From: Hyphomicrobiales bacterium
Lineage (GTDB): Bacteria > Pseudomonadota > Alphaproteobacteria > Rhizobiales > Xanthobacteraceae
NCBI GenBank assembly: GCA_016210825.1
Contig: JACQTM010000354.1
Span: 1-46,624, forward strand
Direction of reading: 5' to 3'
Length of the DNA stretch: 46,624 bases
The translations under genes and the position numbers were made by a program. Under the pieces are notes generated by a model, which was not told the origin of the DNA, did not search any database, and worked only from the letters and a program-made list of their open reading frames with translations. Every line of letters starts with the position of its first letter. Positions within the stretch are counted from its first letter, which is position 1. Below are positions 42,323-46,624 of this stretch, piece after piece.

Positions 42323-43380
42323 AAAAGACGCGTGTTCTGATCGTCGACGATTCACCAACGATGCGCGCGCTTGTCGCGGCCACGCTACGACGCGACCCGG
42401 AGATCGAGGTTATCGGTTCCGCCGGTGATCCGCTGGAGGCGCGCGAAGCAATCAAGGCACTCAATCCGGATGTTTTGACGCTCGACATCGAGATGCCGAA
42501 GATGGATGGCCTCGCCTTCCTCGAAAAAATCATGCGGCTTCGCCCAATGCCGGTGATCATGGTTTCGACGCTGACGCATCACGGCGCCGAGGCGAGCATC
42601 AGGGCACTGGAGATCGGAGCGTTCGACTGTATTGGAAAGCCGCTTGAGCGACACGAGATGTCCGAAGCGTTCGCGGACCTGCCGGAGAAGGTCAAAGCGG
42701 CCGGGCGAGCGTCAATTCGCTCTAATGGGTTGACGGAACACGCAGGTTTAACGCCATCCAAGGATTTTCGAGCCAACGGACGGGTTGTCGCCATCGGATC
42801 ATCGACCGGGGGCGTGGAAGCATTGCTCACCGTCATTGCGCGATTTCCCGAGAATTGCCCACCGACGGTGATCACCCAACATATGCCCGCAGCATTCACG
42901 CCGAGTTTTGCCGCGCGCCTCGACCGCTGCGGTGCGGCGCAGGTATCGGAGGCCTATGACGGCGCGCCGCTTCAGCCCGGTCAGGTCTATCTTGCGCCCG
43001 GCGGTGCCGCGCATCTCGAGGTTGTAGGGTCCAAGGAACTGCATTGCCGCCTGCGTGCGGACGATCTTGTCAACGGCCATCGCCCGTCCGTCGATGTATT
43101 GCTTGGCTCCGTCGCGCGCACAGCCGGAGCCAATGCAATTGGCGTCATCCTCACCGGTATGGGAAAGGACGGCGCGAGGGGATTGCTTGAGATGCGACAG
43201 GCCGGGTCGATGACGTTCGGCCAGGATGAAGCAAGCTGTGTTGTTTACGGGATGCCAAAAGCCGCGTTCGAACTCGGTGCGGTCACCCGTCAATTGCCGA
43301 TCGAAACGATCGGCACCGAAATCATAAAATTGTGCGACGCCAACCAGCGAGACAGCCATGCCAGCAGCACGCTCAATTAG
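42319..43380 (+). CDS. cheB: Chemotaxis methylesterase/deamidase CheB (receiver + esterase)
   Basis: 353 aa with a receiver domain ([17 protein letters not shown]) and the catalytic domain (IGSSTGG, QHMP, GMGKDGA). ATGA overlap with cheR. Confidence 0.9.
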   Translation: MKKTRVLIVDDSPTMRALVAATLRRDPEIEVIGSAGDPLEAREAIKALNPDVLTLDIEMPKMDGLAFLEKIMRLRPMPVIMVSTLTHHGAEASIRALEIGAFDCIGKPLERHEMSEAFADLPEKVKAAGRASIRSNGLTEHAGLTPSKDFRANGRVVAIGSSTGGVEALLTVIARFPENCPPTVITQHMPAAFTPSFAARLDRCGAAQVSEAYDGAPLQPGQVYLAPGGAAHLEVVGSKELHCRLRADDLVNGHRPSVDVLLGSVARTAGANAIGVILTGMGKDGARGLLEMRQAGSMTFGQDEASCVVYGMPKAAFELGAVTRQLPIETIGTEIIKLCDANQRDSHASSTLN

Positions 43381-43747
43381 CGTCATGATCGTGGATGATC
43401 AGATGACGATGCGGTCCCTCGTTCGCAGTGGACTGCAACAGGTCGGGTTTACAGATATCCGGGAGGCTCCGGACGGAAAGGATGCGTTGGACACGCTCAT
43501 GACGCGGCCGGCGCAATTGGTAATTTCCGACTTCAACATGCCGAATCTCGACGGCATTGGACTCTTAAAGTCCATTCGCAGCACTCCTGCGATGAGCAAA
43601 ACGGCATTCATTATGCTTACCGGCCGCGCCGACGGCCAGCTTTTGCGCACGGCCAAGGAATTCGGCGTGAACAACTACGTCATGAAGCCGTTCACCGTCG
43701 CGACGCTCAAGGAACGGATCGAGGCTGTTTTCGGTAAACTCTCCTGA
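43358..43747 (+). CDS. cheY: Second CheY-type response regulator
   Basis: 129 aa from ATG 43358 (alternative ATG 43385, MIVDDQ...). [22 protein letters not shown]. It sits in the cheY2 position of the alphaproteobacterial operon. Confidence 0.85.
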   Translation: MPAARSISVMIVDDQMTMRSLVRSGLQQVGFTDIREAPDGKDALDTLMTRPAQLVISDFNMPNLDGIGLLKSIRSTPAMSKTAFIMLTGRADGQLLRTAKEFGVNNYVMKPFTVATLKERIEAVFGKLS

Positions 43748-43759
43748 AAGATAAAATTG

Positions 43760-44320
43760 ATGACGTCGTATGTGGCGCAAGAACAAAAATCGCAGGATAT
43801 GCAGCGCGTGCATGTTGTGCAGGGTCAATATCACGTCACGGGGGATCCAAACGTGATGCTGACGACACTGCTTGGCTCATGTGTCTCCGCTTGCATGCGT
43901 GACCCAATTACTCGCGTTGGCGGCATGAATCATTTCCTGCTGCCTGATGGAAATAATGCATCCGATGACGACAAGTTACGTTACGGCGTGCACGCGATGG
44001 AACTTCTAGTGAATGCGATCTTGCAAATTGGCGGCCAGCGCGACCGGCTTGAAGTATCGCTGTTCGGCGGCGCGAATGTGACGACGAATTTCACCAACCT
44101 TGGCGGCGCGAATGCCGACTTTGCCGAGAATTTCGTACGGCGCGAGGGCCTCGCCTTCAAGGGTGGCAGTCTGCGGGGTGAGAAGCCTCGGCGGGTTCAG
44201 TTTTGGCCTGCATTGGGGCGCGTTCGCCAACAGCTGCTCATCGATGATCCGCAAACACAGGTTGACCTGCGAATCGATATCACAAAACTTCCACAAGGAA
44301 ATGCGGTGGAATTTTTCTAG
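43760..44320 (+). CDS. cheD: Chemoreceptor glutamine deamidase CheD
   Basis: 186 aa from ATG 43760; the track start at 43757 is a TTG. LLGSCVSACMRD, GGMNHFLLP, FGGANV. Confidence 0.85.
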   Translation: MTSYVAQEQKSQDMQRVHVVQGQYHVTGDPNVMLTTLLGSCVSACMRDPITRVGGMNHFLLPDGNNASDDDKLRYGVHAMELLVNAILQIGGQRDRLEVSLFGGANVTTNFTNLGGANADFAENFVRREGLAFKGGSLRGEKPRRVQFWPALGRVRQQLLIDDPQTQVDLRIDITKLPQGNAVEFF

Positions 44321-44328
44321 GGTGATCA

Positions 44329-44712
44329 ATGAAAAATGCCGTGAAAAGAATGAATGGTGCCTCGGAAGCGGTTTCGGTGGCCGGAATCCTCGGACGCCTG
44401 GAATCAGAATTGACCAACCTCGCGCGTCTCGCCGATCAGTTACAGGAAGCGATCGGCGAGCTGATCGCGCAGGCGCCGCCCGCGCCGCGCCATTCGTTTT
44501 TATCTAAGGTGCAGAATCTCGATCTTCTCGTGCAGAGTCTGCACGGGATTGCAACCTATCTTTCGATTTTATCGCGTGCGGTGCCGGCTGGCTGGACGCT
44601 CGATCCAGGCGCTGCCGCCAGCGCGGTGAAATTGTCGAATCTTGCTCAACGTCTACTCGACGATGCCGCGCGTGGCGCGGATGACGGGCAGGGGGACTGC
44701 GTCCTCTTCTGA
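44329..44712 (+). CDS. Small helical protein of unknown function in the orf10/cheT position
   Basis: 127 aa with no recognisable catalytic motif. It is tightly packed between cheD (8-nt gap) and the next MCP (16-nt gap). Coding status is supported by operon packing and codon bias only. Confidence 0.5.
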   Translation: MKNAVKRMNGASEAVSVAGILGRLESELTNLARLADQLQEAIGELIAQAPPAPRHSFLSKVQNLDLLVQSLHGIATYLSILSRAVPAGWTLDPGAAASAVKLSNLAQRLLDDAARGADDGQGDCVLF

Positions 44713-44728
44713 CCGGAGGTCAACGATC

Positions 44729-46624
44729 ATGATCGATACGTCTCAGCACATGAAATCTGAGTCTAAGCTGGTGCCGGCGTTGAACGCTAAGCGCACCGCC
44801 AGCGTATTTAATGATCGAATCTTGGCTGTGTTGAAATGGCATCCCCGCATCGTCCACAAGGTTATCGCGATCGGCGCCATCGGCATTATTGGGCTTGTTC
44901 TGATTGGCGGAATCTACCTGAGGGGAACAATTTCTCAAGACCGATACCGAAAAGTCGCCAATGAGGTGCGAGAAATCTACGTAATCACAAATAACGCGCT
45001 ATTGCAGATTCTCGAAGCGCGCAGTGTCGATAAGGAATTTCTACTGCGCGGTGATGATAAGAATTTGAAACGCCATGCCGACTTGGCCAAGGAGGTCGAT
45101 GGCAATCTCGAACTCCTTCAGAATTGGGTTCAGGCATCGGGCAATGCCGATCTTTACGATAATGCCGAGACAACCCGCACTGGGTTTGCCAATTACGTTA
45201 GAAATTTCAACGGACTCGCGGACAGTCGAATCAAGCTCGGGCTCAACGAGAATTCAGGGCTCGAAGGCGCCTTGCGAAAGTCGGTGCACGACATCGAAAC
45301 GAAGCTCAGGGACATTGATCAACCGCAGTTGATGGCCACGATGTTGATGATGCGCAGGCATGAGAAGGACTTCATGATGCGCCGGAATCCAAAATACGGC
45401 GACGACATGAAGAAACGCGCTGCTGAATTTATGTCCACTCTTTCGGCAATGGACATTCCCCCCGCCGCCAAAGACGAGATATCGCAGAAACTTTCCGCCT
45501 ACCAACGCGATTTCTCCGCGTGGGCGGAAGAAGCAAAGAGTATCGAACGCCGGCATCAAACGACATCGGCTGAATATGCAACCATCGATCCGGCGATCGA
45601 AGCGGTCAAGAGCGCCGTTGATAAGATTCGTAGCGGCGCTGAGGCCGCCGCCGCCAAGACTCAAGCCGAGACGACGCTGGTCATGCAGGTTTCCATCATC
45701 GCTATTATTTTCGGCGTGGCTTTGCTCGCATTTTTTATCGGACGCGCCATATCGAAGCCGCTGTCGGGCATGACCGGCGTCATGCACAAACTCGCCTCTG
45801 GTGACAATTCGATCGAAGTGCCAAGTCTCGATCGAGGGGATGAAATCGGACAAATGGCGAAGGCTGTATTGTCGTTTAAGGAGGCGGCAATCGAAAGGCT
45901 GCGGCTTGAGGATGAGGCGGTTGAGCAACGCAAGGTGGCGCGAGATGAGCGCATGCGCAACGAGGATGCGCGCAATAGCGCCGCTGAAGAGCTGGCGAAG
46001 ATCGTCAGCCAAGTCGCCGAGGGTCTTGGCAAGCTCTCGCATGGTGATCTGACGTTCCGGGTGGCGGCTGTGTTTCCGCCGGCCTATCAGCAGCTCAAGG
46101 ACGACTTCAATGCCGCCATGGGGCAGCTGCAGGAGACGATGGTGACCATCGTGCGCGCGGCCGACGAGATGCGGTCGGGCACCACCGAGTTCACGCAGGC
46201 GACGGAGGATCTCTCGCGGCGCACCGAACAGCAGGCGGCGAGCCTGGAGGAGACGGCGGCGGCGGTGGACGAGATCACGGCGACGGTGCGCAAAACGGCG
46301 GACGGCGCCAATCATGCGAAAACCGTCGTGTCGAAGGCCAAGGGGGACGCCGAACATGGCGGCGACGTGGTGCGGCGCGCGGTCGAGGCAATGGCGGTGA
46401 TCGAGGGCTCGGCCAAAAAGATTTCGCAGATCATCGGGGTGATCGACGAGATCGCGTTCCAGACGAACCTTTTGGCGCTCAATGCCGGCGTTGAAGCCGC
46501 CCGCGCGGGCGATGCCGGTAGGGGTTTTGCGGTGGTGGCGAGCGAGGTGCGTTCGCTGGCGCAACGCTCGGCGGAAGCGGCGAAAGAGATCAAGGGGCTG
46601 ATCTCGGCGAGTTCGGCGCAGGTC
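44729..46624 (+). CDS. Methyl-accepting chemotaxis protein with a helical-bundle periplasmic domain; 3'-truncated by the window edge
   Basis: This ORF is not in the supplied track because it runs off the end. I read it open from ATG 44729 (GGAGG 9 nt upstream) for 632 codons to 46624. TM1 is [20 protein letters not shown]. The periplasmic domain has [16 protein letters not shown]2, HAMP and an MCP core nearly identical to the first MCP follow. Confidence 0.9.
   Translation, partial: MIDTSQHMKSESKLVPALNAKRTASVFNDRILAVLKWHPRIVHKVIAIGAIGIIGLVLIGGIYLRGTISQDRYRKVANEVREIYVITNNALLQILEARSVDKEFLLRGDDKNLKRHADLAKEVDGNLELLQNWVQASGNADLYDNAETTRTGFANYVRNFNGLADSRIKLGLNENSGLEGALRKSVHDIETKLRDIDQPQLMATMLMMRRHEKDFMMRRNPKYGDDMKKRAAEFMSTLSAMDIPPAAKDEISQKLSAYQRDFSAWAEEAKSIERRHQTTSAEYATIDPAIEAVKSAVDKIRSGAEAAAAKTQAETTLVMQVSIIAIIFGVALLAFFIGRAISKPLSGMTGVMHKLASGDNSIEVPSLDRGDEIGQMAKAVLSFKEAAIERLRLEDEAVEQRKVARDERMRNEDARNSAAEELAKIVSQVAEGLGKLSHGDLTFRVAAVFPPAYQQLKDDFNAAMGQLQETMVTIVRAADEMRSGTTEFTQATEDLSRRTEQQAASLEETAAAVDEITATVRKTADGANHAKTVVSKAKGDAEHGGDVVRRAVEAMAVIEGSAKKISQIIGVIDEIAFQTNLLALNAGVEAARAGDAGRGFAVVASEVRSLAQRSAEAAKEIKGLISASSAQV
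46022..46624 (+). repeat. Paralogous MCP signalling-domain segment (copy 2)
   Basis: See copy 1. The similarity continues to the window edge. Confidence 0.8.

Noticed and set aside
45254-46564. 436-aa minus-strand ORF, the longest track ORF in this area
   Set aside because: It is antisense to a clean MCP reading frame (44729 to beyond 46624) that has TM, HAMP and signalling motifs. The product is Arg/His/Leu/Gly-rich with no family resemblance. This is a typical high-GC shadow ORF.
1-46624. Mobile elements, CRISPR arrays, tRNA/rRNA genes, toxin-antitoxin or phage-defence cassettes
   Set aside because: By-eye reading on both strands found no transposase, integrase or recombinase-like translations, no spaced direct-repeat arrays, no tRNA-like cloverleaf candidates in the intergenic gaps, and no typical defence domains. 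A proper tRNAscan, Infernal or ISfinder run is still needed.

Overview
High-GC (about 60%) chromosomal segment with alphaproteobacterial-looking gene content; I saw no tRNA or rRNA genes, CRISPR arrays, IS elements or integrases. Four blocks. (1) 3-8782: a Thauera-type anaerobic benzoyl-CoA pathway cluster on the minus strand (had-oah-dch-bcrC-bcrB, with bcrA/bcrD expected beyond the left edge). It diverges from a two-subunit 2-oxoacid:ferredoxin oxidoreductase (korAB-like) plus a translationally coupled ferritin-like protein. A perfect FNR/FixK box sits in the shared promoter region. (2) 8819-21365: a 12.5-kb co-directional minus-strand run. It holds a DUF59 protein, a 12-TM protein, a Liv-type ABC importer, an FlK-type hotdog thioesterase, a cytoplasmic molybdopterin oxidoreductase, a fused FeS/membrane-anchor subunit (PadBCD-like) and a PaaK-type ligase. 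I read it as an anaerobic phenylacetate uptake and alpha-oxidation module. It is followed by a cysteine-less CRP/FNR regulator, gcdH and ridA. (3) 24563-32743: a PhnDCE-type ABC importer translationally coupled to an FAD-oxidoreductase::SelD fusion and a DoxX-like protein, headed by a SAM methyltransferase and divergent from a radical SAM/SPASM enzyme. This is my top candidate for an uncharacterised system (selenium import and activation with an unknown consumer). (4) 33106-46624: a PAS-PAS-HTH regulator, an orphan fliM, an MCP with a periplasmic CxxCH heme-c sensor domain, an alphaproteobacterial-type che operon (STAS/cheS-like, cheY, cheA, cheW, cheR, cheB, cheY, cheD, cheT-like) and a second, truncated MCP. 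Many track ORFs are upstream over-extensions or antisense shadow ORFs, which is typical of high-GC DNA. I trimmed starts using ATG position, Shine-Dalgarno motifs and stop/start overlaps. All family assignments are from reading the translations by eye, with no searches run.
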